Shown: positions 41,041 through 49,785 of the stretch, in pieces | Layout: every line of letters begins with the position of its first letter | Numbering within the stretch: the stretch's first letter is position 1 | Origin: Escherichia phage ST2 | Direction: 5' to 3' (one strand) | Length of the DNA: 64,000 bases | Sequence record: OM982647 | The notes under the pieces: generated by a model | Seen by the model: the letters and a program-made list of their open reading frames with translations, nothing else | Databases searched by the model: none | What the model was told of the DNA's origin: nothing | Program-made: the position numbers and the translations under genes

Positions 41041-41366
41041 TTAAACCATTCCTTAATACGTTGCCAAATAGATTTTTGTGCTTGTTTATTTACACCAATC
41101 GAACGAATAACCGGTTGTGACTGCTGATATTCTTTATAATCTTCTTTATAGATTTCGTAAGCTACATCAACAAATGAACTGATCGCTGCCATGTAGTTTT
41201 TACGAAGGCCAAATGGCGCGTCATTATTTTCACGAATAACCGTATATTGACCTGCTTTAATCTTTACAATTGTCCCTAAATAAGCCCCGTGGTACCAAAT
41301 ATCCCATCCTTCCTGAGTAGGTTCTGCACATTTACGAAGTTCGTTAATAATATTCAGCTTATTCAT
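41037..41366 (-). CDS. Hypothetical protein
   Basis: 109-aa ORF, ATGA overlap. Confidence 0.45.
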   Translation of the reverse strand: MNKLNIINELRKCAEPTQEGWDIWYHGAYLGTIVKIKAGQYTVIRENNDAPFGLRKNYMAAISSFVDVAYEIYKEDYKEYQQSQPVIRSIGVNKQAQKSIWQRIKEWFK

Positions 41367-41376
41367 TATGTATTCC

Positions 41377-42009
41377 TCACAGTACGTTAGTTACAAGGGT
41401 AATGATTTCTTTGGACACATTAGGGAAGTCAATGTAAGTATATTTACCACCGATCTTAATCTTAACATCATTTTCAAGAGAAGTAAACAGCTTTGATTCA
41501 GTTTCTGACATGTTGTATGCAAAGATTCTAAGAGAACCATCTCGACGAATTTCGATCTGACGAATACCTAGAACTCGTTTTGCAAATCGAACTTCTAAGT
41601 TACTACGGTTTTCGCCAATTTCTTTAACTTCAACTTTATCTTTAATATTTTCAAAAACAAAGTTTGCTAATTCATGCATTTCAGGAGTAACTCCACGTGC
41701 TTTTCTAGTGTTACGTTTCTGAAGAAGTTCTGGAGCATTTTCTTGGGCAAAGAGGTCTGCAGCTTTTTGGATAATATCCATTGCTTCGCCTGTTGCTACA
41801 AGTCCATCACCGGATTTTTCGACTAAACCTTTCTTAATCAATACACCAATGTTAGAGTTAACAACCGATGCATTGTATTCCGCTTCTAGAGCTTCACGGA
41901 CATTGGCAGCAGTGGTGAAGTTGTTCTTAATGATATAAACCATTATTGCAGCAGTTTTTTCATTCAGAGCGTTTTCAGAAGCTTTGATGATGTAAGTAAC
42001 TTTAGACAT
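41377..42009 (-). CDS. motA: Middle-transcription activator
   Basis: 210 aa (T4 211); MSKVTYIIKAS...NIGVLIKKGLVEKSGDGL as T4 MotA. Confidence 0.85.
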   Translation of the reverse strand: MSKVTYIIKASENALNEKTAAIMVYIIKNNFTTAANVREALEAEYNASVVNSNIGVLIKKGLVEKSGDGLVATGEAMDIIQKAADLFAQENAPELLQKRNTRKARGVTPEMHELANFVFENIKDKVEVKEIGENRSNLEVRFAKRVLGIRQIEIRRDGSLRIFAYNMSETESKLFTSLENDVKIKIGGKYTYIDFPNVSKEIITLVTNVL

Positions 42010-42066
42010 TTTATTTCTCCAAATTAGTATTTGTTTTGATAGGTCTATAATATCATGTTTGAAGCA
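42001..42066 (-). repeat. Promoter-leader module copy A (66 bp identical to 42320..42385)
   Basis: Exact 66-bp direct repeat spanning start codon, SD and early promoter -10. Confidence 0.8.
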
Positions 42067-42076
42067 AAAGTAAACT
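42045..42076 (-). promoter_or_regulatory. T4-type early promoter for motA
   Basis: GTTTAC, 17-nt spacer, TATTAT. Confidence 0.5.
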
Positions 42077-42112
42077 TTATTTTGGGCTCTTTTTCAAAAG
42101 CCCTGGTAAAAT

Positions 42113-42328
42113 TTACAAACTCATTTCTTTAATAAGGCTAATAAGTTTTGCCTTTTTAGAACGAAGCTTTTCTAAATGATGACCATTCGAACCGCGAACC
42201 ACTAAAGAATTGATTTCAACTTCTAAGAAATTTAATTCTTCAACAAGTGCTTTACGGAGAGCATTCATACCAGGTTTGACTTTACCGAAACGAGTAGTTG
42301 TGTTTTGGGTTAATTTCATTTTAGACAT
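42113..42328 (-). CDS. Hypothetical basic protein, 71 aa (start trimmed to ATG)
   Basis: ATG at 42328 with same leader as motA; track start runs through promoter. Confidence 0.45.
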   Translation of the reverse strand: MSKMKLTQNTTTRFGKVKPGMNALRKALVEELNFLEVEINSLVVRGSNGHHLEKLRSKKAKLISLIKEMSL

Positions 42329-42385
42329 TTTATTTCTCCAAATTAGTATTTGTTTTGATAGGTCTATAATATCATGTTTGAAGCA
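42320..42385 (-). repeat. Promoter-leader module copy B
   Basis: Exact 66-bp direct repeat of 42001..42066. Confidence 0.8.
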
Positions 42386-42420
42386 CATGTAAACTGTTTT
42401 GTGAGAAAAAATGCACAAAA

Positions 42421-42436
42421 GGGAGCCGAAGCTCCC
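42421..42436 (-). terminator. UUCG-tetraloop intrinsic terminator
   Basis: GGGAGC-CGAA-GCTCCC then U-run. Confidence 0.55.
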
Positions 42437-42512
42437 TAATCATGTTTGTCCAACCAATACAGCCAAATCACTAGTGCAGCTATTGCACCGAGAAATCCTA
42501 AGGCTAGGGCAC

Positions 42513-43838
42513 TCAAAGTGCCTCCAAGTCTTTAGTGTACTCTGTCACAACATCAGTAGACTTCCAATACTCATTTTCTTCTTTCTTAGCTTTAGCTTCT
42601 TCTGCTAGTTTACGTGCTTCGTCGGAAGTGATATGGAAGATGTTAAGACCTACCAGTTTATCGACATGTTCTTTATACATTTCGATTTGTGCTAGCTCTT
42701 CAGTCAAAGCTTTACGAGTCTTGCCCTGAATCACAATTTCGCCACTGATAACTTTTTTGATGAAGTGTGCCTTAGCAAAAGCAAGTTTAAATGCTTTTTC
42801 AGATTCAAGGATTTTGTTATCAATACGTTTCTGAACGTAAGTCTTACGGACTTCAACAAAATCTTTGATTAAGTCCACTACGTTATCGTAGACCGCTAAT
42901 TTACCCTTTTCATTAATCACTGTGATGTTTTGTGAACGACGTTCGATGAGACTAAAATCTTTCATGATTTTTTCATGACGTAGCTCTTCATCATCAGGAA
43001 GCGAGTACTCTTTACGGAACTTCACCTTAAACCCAAAGCCATGTTCACCACAATCATCTTCCCATGAGATTAGACCTTTGTCTTCCAACGGGTCAAGAAC
43101 CTTACTCACATACGTTTCACGGTCGAATTTATATGGGATTTCAGTTATCTGCATTTGAGTGCGAGATGTGAACTTATATGTTCCGTGAATCTCATAACGC
43201 CCATCAACTTCATGTACTTCACCACGGAATTCTGGGAATTCAACTTTTGGCTTAGTGACATTTTTACCTTGAAGAGCTTGTAATACGGCCTTTTTGACTG
43301 ATTTAAAACTATGAGGCAGAATATTTGTTGCGTAACCGGTTGCAATACCAGAGACGCCATTCAAAAGAACTGTCGGAATAATAGGAAGATAGAATTTTGG
43401 TGGAATATGTTCTTTATCTTCATGAGCTGGAGCATATTCAGTATCTTTATATACGTTATAGAAATTTTTACTTACACGAGCAAAAATATAACGAGATGCT
43501 GCAGCTTTTTGGACTGTTCGAGAACCAAAGTTGCCTTGGCCATCTAACAGTGGATAGTTGTTGTTCCATGTGTTAGCCATCAATGCACCTGCATCTTGTG
43601 CAGAAGATTCACCATGGTGATAACCTAAATCTGCAACACCTCCTGCAATTGACGCAAGTTTATGAAATTTTTCTTTATTACCACGAGCCAAATCTAACGC
43701 ACGATGAACCACAAAACGTTGAACCGGCTTAAATCCATCAATCATGTTTGGGATTGCACGGTTTTCAACGGTGTACATCGCATATGCTAAGGCTTCGTTA
43801 TCAATAATACTTTTTAGATTACGAGAATTCAATTGCAT
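42513..43838 (-). CDS. 52: DNA topoisomerase II medium subunit (GyrA-like)
   Basis: 441 aa (T4 442); MQLNSRNLKSIIDNEALAYAMYTVENRAIPNMIDGFKPVQRF... Confidence 0.95.
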   Translation of the reverse strand: MQLNSRNLKSIIDNEALAYAMYTVENRAIPNMIDGFKPVQRFVVHRALDLARGNKEKFHKLASIAGGVADLGYHHGESSAQDAGALMANTWNNNYPLLDGQGNFGSRTVQKAAASRYIFARVSKNFYNVYKDTEYAPAHEDKEHIPPKFYLPIIPTVLLNGVSGIATGYATNILPHSFKSVKKAVLQALQGKNVTKPKVEFPEFRGEVHEVDGRYEIHGTYKFTSRTQMQITEIPYKFDRETYVSKVLDPLEDKGLISWEDDCGEHGFGFKVKFRKEYSLPDDEELRHEKIMKDFSLIERRSQNITVINEKGKLAVYDNVVDLIKDFVEVRKTYVQKRIDNKILESEKAFKLAFAKAHFIKKVISGEIVIQGKTRKALTEELAQIEMYKEHVDKLVGLNIFHITSDEARKLAEEAKAKKEENEYWKSTDVVTEYTKDLEAL

Positions 43839-43842
43839 ATTT

Positions 43843-43983
43843 TCACCATATTAATGAACGAATAACCATTATAACATCTGAAATGAAAAGCACTACTTGG
43901 ATTAGTCCAAACATCACACCGTAGTACAGAACCGTAAGCAACAACAAGAGCCCGAAGGCTCCTGCTAAGATTTTCTTAATCAT
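43843..43983 (-). CDS. Small hydrophobic membrane protein, 46 aa (not in ORF track)
   Basis: ATG overlaps upstream stop (TAATG); single predicted TM. Confidence 0.4.
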   Translation of the reverse strand: MIKKILAGAFGLLLLLTVLYYGVMFGLIQVVLFISDVIMVIRSLIW

Positions 43984-44129
43984 TACTCGCCTTTTAACAC
44001 GTTAACAAGAGCTAAGACCGCTAAGGTGCCTTGTGATACGGCCTGTTGAAATACCGTTGTTTCGCCTGTAACTAAAGTGCTAACGAATAAAAACGACCAA
44101 CACAGCAATGCAATAATCCATGCCACCAT
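43983..44129 (-). CDS. Small hydrophobic membrane protein, 48 aa (not in ORF track)
   Basis: ATG with SD GAGGTAATTAAA; single predicted TM. Confidence 0.45.
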   Translation of the reverse strand: MVAWIIALLCWSFLFVSTLVTGETTVFQQAVSQGTLAVLALVNVLKGE

Positions 44130-44181
44130 TTTAATTACCTCAAAAATAAATTAAAGGCCCAACTTAATAGGCCCGTATAAA

Positions 44182-44628
44182 TTAGTAACTCTGCAGAATG
44201 AATTTGAAATTATCTGCCAGAAGACGGTTCATTTCAGTGAGTGTTTGATATTCTGATGTATGGTTGCGAGTGAATGCCAGAGCCAATTGTCCTTTACCAT
44301 AACCAGTAGTCAGTGGTTTCATGTTCTTAGCTGCAACAAAGATTACATCATATTCAATATTGTTAGTGCCCATAGTGCGAGCTAGTTGCGAACGGCCTTG
44401 ACGAATGTGAGAAAGAATTGCATCCAACCCTTGTTTAGAACGTTGACGTCCTACAAAGAATCGTGCTGCTACTTGTCGCCAATCAGATGAACCTTTAACA
44501 AAGAAGTAAAAACCTTCACGAGAACGAAACTCTTTAGAAACTTCAGAACCGTATTCGCCATTGCGAACTACTGCAACAACTTCACCGCCAACTGCCAGAA
44601 GGTCTTTACGAGTTAAATATTTAGACAT
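44182..44628 (-). CDS. ndd: Nucleoid disruption protein
   Basis: 148 aa; ...[25 protein letters not shown]...[20 protein letters not shown]...[12 protein letters not shown] as T4 Ndd. Confidence 0.85.
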   Translation of the reverse strand: MSKYLTRKDLLAVGGEVVAVVRNGEYGSEVSKEFRSREGFYFFVKGSSDWRQVAARFFVGRQRSKQGLDAILSHIRQGRSQLARTMGTNNIEYDVIFVAAKNMKPLTTGYGKGQLALAFTRNHTSEYQTLTEMNRLLADNFKFILQSY

Positions 44629-44666
44629 GCTAATTTCCTCAATTGATTAATGTTTTTGTAATCCAT

Positions 44667-44700
44667 GAGAGCATTATACTCTGCTCTCAAGAGTTTGTAC
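44667..44700 (-). promoter_or_regulatory. Early promoter for ndd; near-identical to module at 16343..16379
   Basis: GAGAGCATTATACTCTGCTCTC palindrome around TATAAT, -35 GTACAA variant. Confidence 0.45.
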
Positions 44701-44704
44701 AATT

Positions 44705-44905
44705 TTATTCGGTCATATCAGAACGTTCAAAAAGCTCTTCAACGGTTAAACATTCGGTGTCATCCTCAATAAAGAATCGGGTCCAACACGTTGGGGCGAT
44801 GCAGTTATGAGTTTGTCCGGCTATAGAAGCTACACGAATAAGCTGCTGACCATTATTCAGGACAAATTTTTCACCAATTTCAACATCTTTAAAAAGCTTA
44901 GCCAT
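44705..44905 (-). CDS. Hypothetical protein
   Basis: 66-aa ORF, SD GAGGAACACAAA. Confidence 0.45.
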   Translation of the reverse strand: MAKLFKDVEIGEKFVLNNGQQLIRVASIAGQTHNCIAPTCWTRFFIEDDTECLTVEELFERSDMTE

Positions 44906-44965
44906 TTTGTGTTCCTCATATTTTGATAGGACTACTATACCATAATCCTACCTTGATGTAAACAA

Positions 44966-45076
44966 TTAAATTACATTAAAATATGTTAAAGCCAACCATG
45001 TTCCAGTGAACGAACATGCGATGTAAAAACCCGTATCACAAATTGTTCTTAGTACAATAAGAAGTGCATTTTTCAT
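44966..45076 (-). CDS. Small hydrophobic peptide, 36 aa (not in ORF track)
   Basis: ATGA-coupled to upstream peptide; hydrophobic. Confidence 0.3.
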   Translation of the reverse strand: MKNALLIVLRTICDTGFYIACSFTGTWLALTYFNVI

Positions 45077-45159
45077 AAGTACCTCAATACAATTGAAAAT
45101 ATTATACAAATCATAGGGATACTAAGCAACCATATTCCGATCCACATTTTAGAGCTCAT
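45073..45159 (-). CDS. Small hydrophobic peptide, 28 aa (not in ORF track)
   Basis: ATG overlaps stop of 45156..45419 ORF (ATGA). Confidence 0.3.
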   Translation of the reverse strand: MSSKMWIGIWLLSIPMICIIFSIVLRYL

Positions 45160-45419
45160 ATCTCAACTTCCGCGAGTTCCATATATCCTTTGTTGATAAC
45201 CTCTTTAAGGTCTTTAGAAAGAATGACATTAAAATGGTCGTTCATATGTCCATTAACTAAACGAGTTATTTCGGCTTCAGATGACATATAAGGCACGTCT
45301 GAGTCCCAATGAGATAGACCTAAATGGGTATAAATCATCCCTTCGTCGTCTGCAGTGTTGTACATTGAAACAAATTCGCCTGTTACTTTATGTTTTGCGT
45401 AGAAAAATTTAAATTTCAT
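45156..45419 (-). CDS. Hypothetical protein
   Basis: 87-aa ORF, SD GAGGATAACATC. Confidence 0.45.
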   Translation of the reverse strand: MKFKFFYAKHKVTGEFVSMYNTADDEGMIYTHLGLSHWDSDVPYMSSEAEITRLVNGHMNDHFNVILSKDLKEVINKGYMELAEVEI

Positions 45420-45438
45420 GATGTTATCCTCTTTTAGA

Positions 45439-45478
45439 TAGGACTACTATATCATAGTCCTACTTAGTTGTAAACACT
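45439..45478 (-). promoter_or_regulatory. Early promoter with 8-bp palindrome TAGGACTA/TAGTCCTA flanking -10
   Basis: GTTTACA, 17-nt spacer, TATAGT. Confidence 0.5.
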
Positions 45479-45487
45479 TTTATGAAA

Positions 45488-46045
45488 TTAAAGATGAAGA
45501 TACCACCCGTTGTAGTTGCTCTTGCGGACGATTTTCTTTAGGTCTTCATGGTCTCCCACGAACTTTATAGAATAGGAGAAGACGTCAGGTGAGGTTTCTT
45601 TGACATCTAATATAATAATGCAATCTGCGACTCGATGGTTCAAGAAGGGCCCTATATTGATTCCATTACCACCAGGATAATCACCACTGTATCCTGTGGT
45701 AACCGAAATCCATTTAGAATCTATCTGGTGCGTCTTGACTTCGACACGCAACCCGCAATATTTAGGATGAGCTAACACGTCCCATGCATACGTGTACGGG
45801 TCTTCGACGTCTTCAATACCTTTATTAACATATCCGTCTAGCCAATTTGCTACTACATACTCTGCAAAGACTGCAACCTTACAACGTCGAACAACGTCTT
45901 CTTTTATTTGACCTGGATCTTGTTTCAACGAATACCGAGCAGTATCAGCGATCTTAACCTTCATTTCGCTAGTCAAAAACTCATTCGACAGGATAAATGT
46001 CGGAAGACTCTTCAGCCTCAACAGTCCCAAGTTCGTCTTTACCAT
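45488..46045 (-). CDS. denB: Endonuclease IV-like (start uncertain; 185 aa from internal ATG)
   Basis: Position between ndd and rIIB and length 185 aa as T4 DenB; track start 46096 overlaps upstream ORF. Confidence 0.45.
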   Translation of the reverse strand: MVKTNLGLLRLKSLPTFILSNEFLTSEMKVKIADTARYSLKQDPGQIKEDVVRRCKVAVFAEYVVANWLDGYVNKGIEDVEDPYTYAWDVLAHPKYCGLRVEVKTHQIDSKWISVTTGYSGDYPGGNGINIGPFLNHRVADCIIILDVKETSPDVFSYSIKFVGDHEDLKKIVRKSNYNGWYLHL

Positions 46046-46268
46046 AGATACCTCTGATGTGTAGTTCACCAAAATAAATGCGGTCACCTTCTTCAAGATA
46101 TTCTGCGTCTACAGGCGGAATTTCAATAACAACTTCGTCGCATTCTAACCAGCCGTAGTGTGCATCACCAGGATGTTTTACCAATTTAGCACAATAAACT
46201 GATTTACACTTATGATGACCACGAAGATTAGCAATTTTGGATTCTGATACGTCAAATGGATGAATCAT
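45981..46268 (-). CDS. Hypothetical protein
   Basis: 95-aa ORF. Confidence 0.4.
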   Translation of the reverse strand: MIHPFDVSESKIANLRGHHKCKSVYCAKLVKHPGDAHYGWLECDEVVIEIPPVDAEYLEEGDRIYFGELHIRGIYGKDELGTVEAEESSDIYPVE

Positions 46269-46288
46269 AATTACCCCTAAAGAAAAAA

Positions 46289-46304
46289 GGGGACCGAAGT
46301 CCCC
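46289..46304 (-). terminator. UUCG-tetraloop intrinsic terminator after rIIB
   Basis: GGGGAC-CGAA-GTCCCC then U6. Confidence 0.6.
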
Positions 46305-46309
46305 AATTA

Positions 46310-47257
46310 TTATTCTGCAAATAATTCAGTAACGTCTGAAATTACTTCATAACGACAAGTACGCATCTTAGCATCACCATAGTCAACTGGGATGGATACA
46401 ACATCACGTGGATGAACTTTAACCTTAACAACTTTATCTGAGCTAGAACCAAAGTAACGAATATATGATTTAGCACAAACATGTAGACCGCTGGAGCAGG
46501 TTTGAGTATCATCATCGTTAACACGAGTACGAGGCATTGAAACAACTTTACCAGGCGAGTTATCAAATGTACCACTATAACAGTCTAAATAGTCCTTACG
46601 AACTACTTTCCATGCATAGAAATGTCCGTCTTCAGTGATTTCAATATCATTTGCAACCAAGAAGTCGAATAAACGTTGTACAGCTTTTTCGCTTGGGTTT
46701 TCTAACAGGTTTTCAAGGAACGGCAGATAGAATTTAAAGTCTTCGCCTTTTTCCATGGAATCAATAATACGGTTAACCAGCCCTGAACGAATCTCTATAC
46801 CTTGATAAAATAAACTACCACCTTCAATAGTAACATTACCATCAACAAACTTAGTAATAGCTTTCTTGATGTTAATAAGTTCGACAGCTTTACTAAGGTT
46901 TCCTGCGACCAGATTAGCTTTAATTTCTTCAAAATTTGCATGACTTGATGGAGTCGCATTGTATGCTACGCGTCCTTCAATAATTGAAATAAATTTAGAT
47001 GACGCGTTCCATATGATTTCAGGACGATGTCCGCCGATAATAGGTTCATTATTTTCTGGAACTTCTTCGATTACATAAGAGGCATCGTTTGCTTCAGGGA
47101 CAACGCCTTCTGCTTTAAAATTCTTAACAATCTTACGAAGAGTATCTGTTGAAATGTCAAAGTAATCGGCAATTTCTTTACGGGTCCATTGACCTGATTT
47201 AACCAGGCCATAAGCTTCTAACTGTTCTTCTTGGGACAAGCATTTGATATTGTACAT
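46310..47257 (-). CDS. rIIB: rIIB
   Basis: 315 aa (T4 312); MYNIKCL... and C-terminal half recalled from T4. Confidence 0.85.
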   Translation of the reverse strand: MYNIKCLSQEEQLEAYGLVKSGQWTRKEIADYFDISTDTLRKIVKNFKAEGVVPEANDASYVIEEVPENNEPIIGGHRPEIIWNASSKFISIIEGRVAYNATPSSHANFEEIKANLVAGNLSKAVELINIKKAITKFVDGNVTIEGGSLFYQGIEIRSGLVNRIIDSMEKGEDFKFYLPFLENLLENPSEKAVQRLFDFLVANDIEITEDGHFYAWKVVRKDYLDCYSGTFDNSPGKVVSMPRTRVNDDDTQTCSSGLHVCAKSYIRYFGSSSDKVVKVKVHPRDVVSIPVDYGDAKMRTCRYEVISDVTELFAE

Positions 47258-47266
47258 AATGTTTCC

Positions 47267-49480
47267 TTATTTGGCCGCTTCCACGGCCTTCATGAATTTA
47301 ACGATTTGAGCGACCTGTTCTTTGGAAAGAGTACCACGTCGTCCCATGTATTCTGACACAATATGATAATTGGTTTCGAATTCAATAACCATTTTATCAT
47401 CATTATCGTAAGCATTATCTTTAAGCTTATCGAAAATTTTGGCACACAATTCTAACTTCCTGTTCAGGTCTCTGTTATCAGCGCCTGCGAATCGATTCCA
47501 TCCCCAACGATTATTTACTGTTGAAAGTTTTGCGAAATCTTTACTGATTTCTTTGTTCTTAGAGCTAAAATACTTACTAAGGAAGTTAAGTTCTTCATTA
47601 CGAGTAATATGATTCAAATAAGGCTGTGCTCTACGACTTGGTGATACATACTCATCATAATCCACTTTATCAATTAGCGTAATATAGTCGTTAATTGATT
47701 TTTCAAACAAGCATTCTACTTCACCAAGTTTACGAACTTTCTTAGCAATCTGTGGGCGAACTACAGTGAACTCTTTAATACCTGACAAATCAGCAATACG
47801 GGTCAAAAAATTGGAGTCATAGTTCAACCAACCTTTATCTGCGTCAAGACATTCAGCGTTAGAACGATTACGAATTACAACATAACCTTGAATCTCATCA
47901 GCTTTACTGGCCGGAATAAAAAGGTCTTCTGATACCCAAACATCTTTTTCGTTCTTGAAGAAACGATGGGCACTCGGTGATTTAGGGCGAGGCTGCGATG
48001 AACGTTCTTTAACTTCAATCCACGGTTTAACTAATGCAAGAATTTCAGAGGTCTTATAAAATTTAAGGCTATCACCAGCGAAAATAACCTTTAATCGTTC
48101 CAGAAGTTTCATTGCAACTTCATCTTCTGGGTTAATGAATAATACGCTACTACCCCATCCGGAAGGAACCTTATCAACGAGTGTTGATGCATCTGTGGAA
48201 GTCAAAGCATCGTTCAGAGCACGCATCATTGGTACGCGGCCTTTCACATCGTCAATAACAATATCAATATGCTTACGACTAATACCTAGCAGGCTATTAA
48301 TTGAAATAGTTGCAGACGAGCTTCCGCTTTCACGAATACGACGAAGTCGTGGGTCTGAAACGATATCATATACAACACCAAGGTTGCACCATTCGGGACC
48401 CATTTTAAAACGTTTGTACAACTCGGAATAAGTTAGTTGTTCTTTAGAGTATTTCAGTGATTCAATATTAGAACCGGCTTTTTCCATGTATTTACGAGCA
48501 GAGTAACCAAGAGAATCGATTTCACGGAATACATGACGTGGATATTCACAATCAATCCATTTCTTAGAATCTTCAGCAAATAATTTTGCATCGATTTCTG
48601 CAACACGTTTATGGATATTTGCTACTGTGCGTTTATCAAATGACAATGCTTCACGAGACGGGGCTACATCTAGTTCACCCATAGGGAATTTAATATAAGC
48701 TGTAGTGCATCGCGTCATCATCCATGTTTGTTCTTTAATAACACTTCCGATTGGATATACAATACCACCATAAACAGCCATGATATTACCACGTTCACCC
48801 CATGGAGCTTCCTTGGCCAAATATACATCGTCAAATTCAGGAAAGTATTTAATATCTTTAACACCGCGAACTTCTGCAATATCACCTAGAGGACGCATAA
48901 CATATGCAATTTCAGATGCGAACTTTTCAAAATCTTCTGGGTTAACCGGCACAACTACTTCTACACCCGTACGGTCATCAGGACCCATCTTATCTACAAA
49001 GGTTGGCTTAATTTGTGGACCCGTGTCATCTTGGTAGATTACGTAACCACGAACTTCACCGTTGTGATAAGACGTAAGGTTAAACGTATCGGTATATGCT
49101 AGTGGAGCTTTAGAGCCGAGTCCGAATCCACCAATGAAATCATTACTCGATGTTTTAGTTGAAGCAAAATATGAGTTATAGATTCCTGGCTCTTCGTCAT
49201 TACCTCGAATGGTGAAATCACTCATACCAGGACCAAAGTCTCGAACTACAAAACGTGGGTCTAAACGACCTGGAGCCTGAACAATAAACTTATCAGTGCA
49301 ACCATTAAGAATTTGACCATCGATACAGTTTGTGATTAATTCACGTACACAAGCCAATTCTTTGTTTGTATAAAGGTCATTAGACAAAATCTTATAAACT
49401 TTGCTATTGCCTTGAATAGTGAATGCTGTGCTCTTACCGCCTGAACCAATAATCGTTTCTTTAGCCGTTTCAATAATCAT
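47267..49480 (-). CDS. rIIA: rIIA
   Basis: 737 aa (T4 725); MIIETAKETIIGSGGKSTAFTIQG... Confidence 0.9.
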   Translation of the reverse strand: MIIETAKETIIGSGGKSTAFTIQGNSKVYKILSNDLYTNKELACVRELITNCIDGQILNGCTDKFIVQAPGRLDPRFVVRDFGPGMSDFTIRGNDEEPGIYNSYFASTKTSSNDFIGGFGLGSKAPLAYTDTFNLTSYHNGEVRGYVIYQDDTGPQIKPTFVDKMGPDDRTGVEVVVPVNPEDFEKFASEIAYVMRPLGDIAEVRGVKDIKYFPEFDDVYLAKEAPWGERGNIMAVYGGIVYPIGSVIKEQTWMMTRCTTAYIKFPMGELDVAPSREALSFDKRTVANIHKRVAEIDAKLFAEDSKKWIDCEYPRHVFREIDSLGYSARKYMEKAGSNIESLKYSKEQLTYSELYKRFKMGPEWCNLGVVYDIVSDPRLRRIRESGSSSATISINSLLGISRKHIDIVIDDVKGRVPMMRALNDALTSTDASTLVDKVPSGWGSSVLFINPEDEVAMKLLERLKVIFAGDSLKFYKTSEILALVKPWIEVKERSSQPRPKSPSAHRFFKNEKDVWVSEDLFIPASKADEIQGYVVIRNRSNAECLDADKGWLNYDSNFLTRIADLSGIKEFTVVRPQIAKKVRKLGEVECLFEKSINDYITLIDKVDYDEYVSPSRRAQPYLNHITRNEELNFLSKYFSSKNKEISKDFAKLSTVNNRWGWNRFAGADNRDLNRKLELCAKIFDKLKDNAYDNDDKMVIEFETNYHIVSEYMGRRGTLSKEQVAQIVKFMKAVEAAK

Positions 49481-49492
49481 ATTTTTCTCTCA

Positions 49493-49693
49493 TCACAAGT
49501 TACGTTTAAAAATTTCTGCTACTTCAAGAAGTTCTTCTTTAGTAGCTGTATCGGTTTGTATTTTATATCGAATTTCTTTAAAGCGTTCTTTAAAGGCTTC
49601 AGCTGATTCGATATCAAAAAATCTTTGGATAAGACGGAATTCCCGGAGCACTGCTTTATCAAAAAGTTCCAAGTCCACGTTATATGTTCTCAT
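49493..49693 (-). CDS. Hypothetical protein (rIIA.1 position)
   Basis: 66-aa ORF. Confidence 0.45.
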   Translation of the reverse strand: MRTYNVDLELFDKAVLREFRLIQRFFDIESAEAFKERFKEIRYKIQTDTATKEELLEVAEIFKRNL

Positions 49694-49785
49694 AATATTC
49701 TCTTCAGTAGATTGCTAGGGCACTATTACTAAAGACCATATAATTTATCATCTTATATGTAATAGTGCCTCAGGCTATTCAGGAT

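Noticed and set aside
42056-42066. MotA-box-like TGCTTCA inside the duplicated motA promoter module
   Set aside because: Spacing to the -10 element (about 7 nt) is wrong for a middle promoter; the element fits an early GTTTAC-17-TATTAT promoter instead.
43954-43968. GAGCC-CGAA-GGCTC hairpin resembling the terminator family
   Set aside because: Lies inside the coding frame of the 46-aa membrane peptide (encodes LAGAFGLL); probably coincidental or at most an internal structure, not a terminator.
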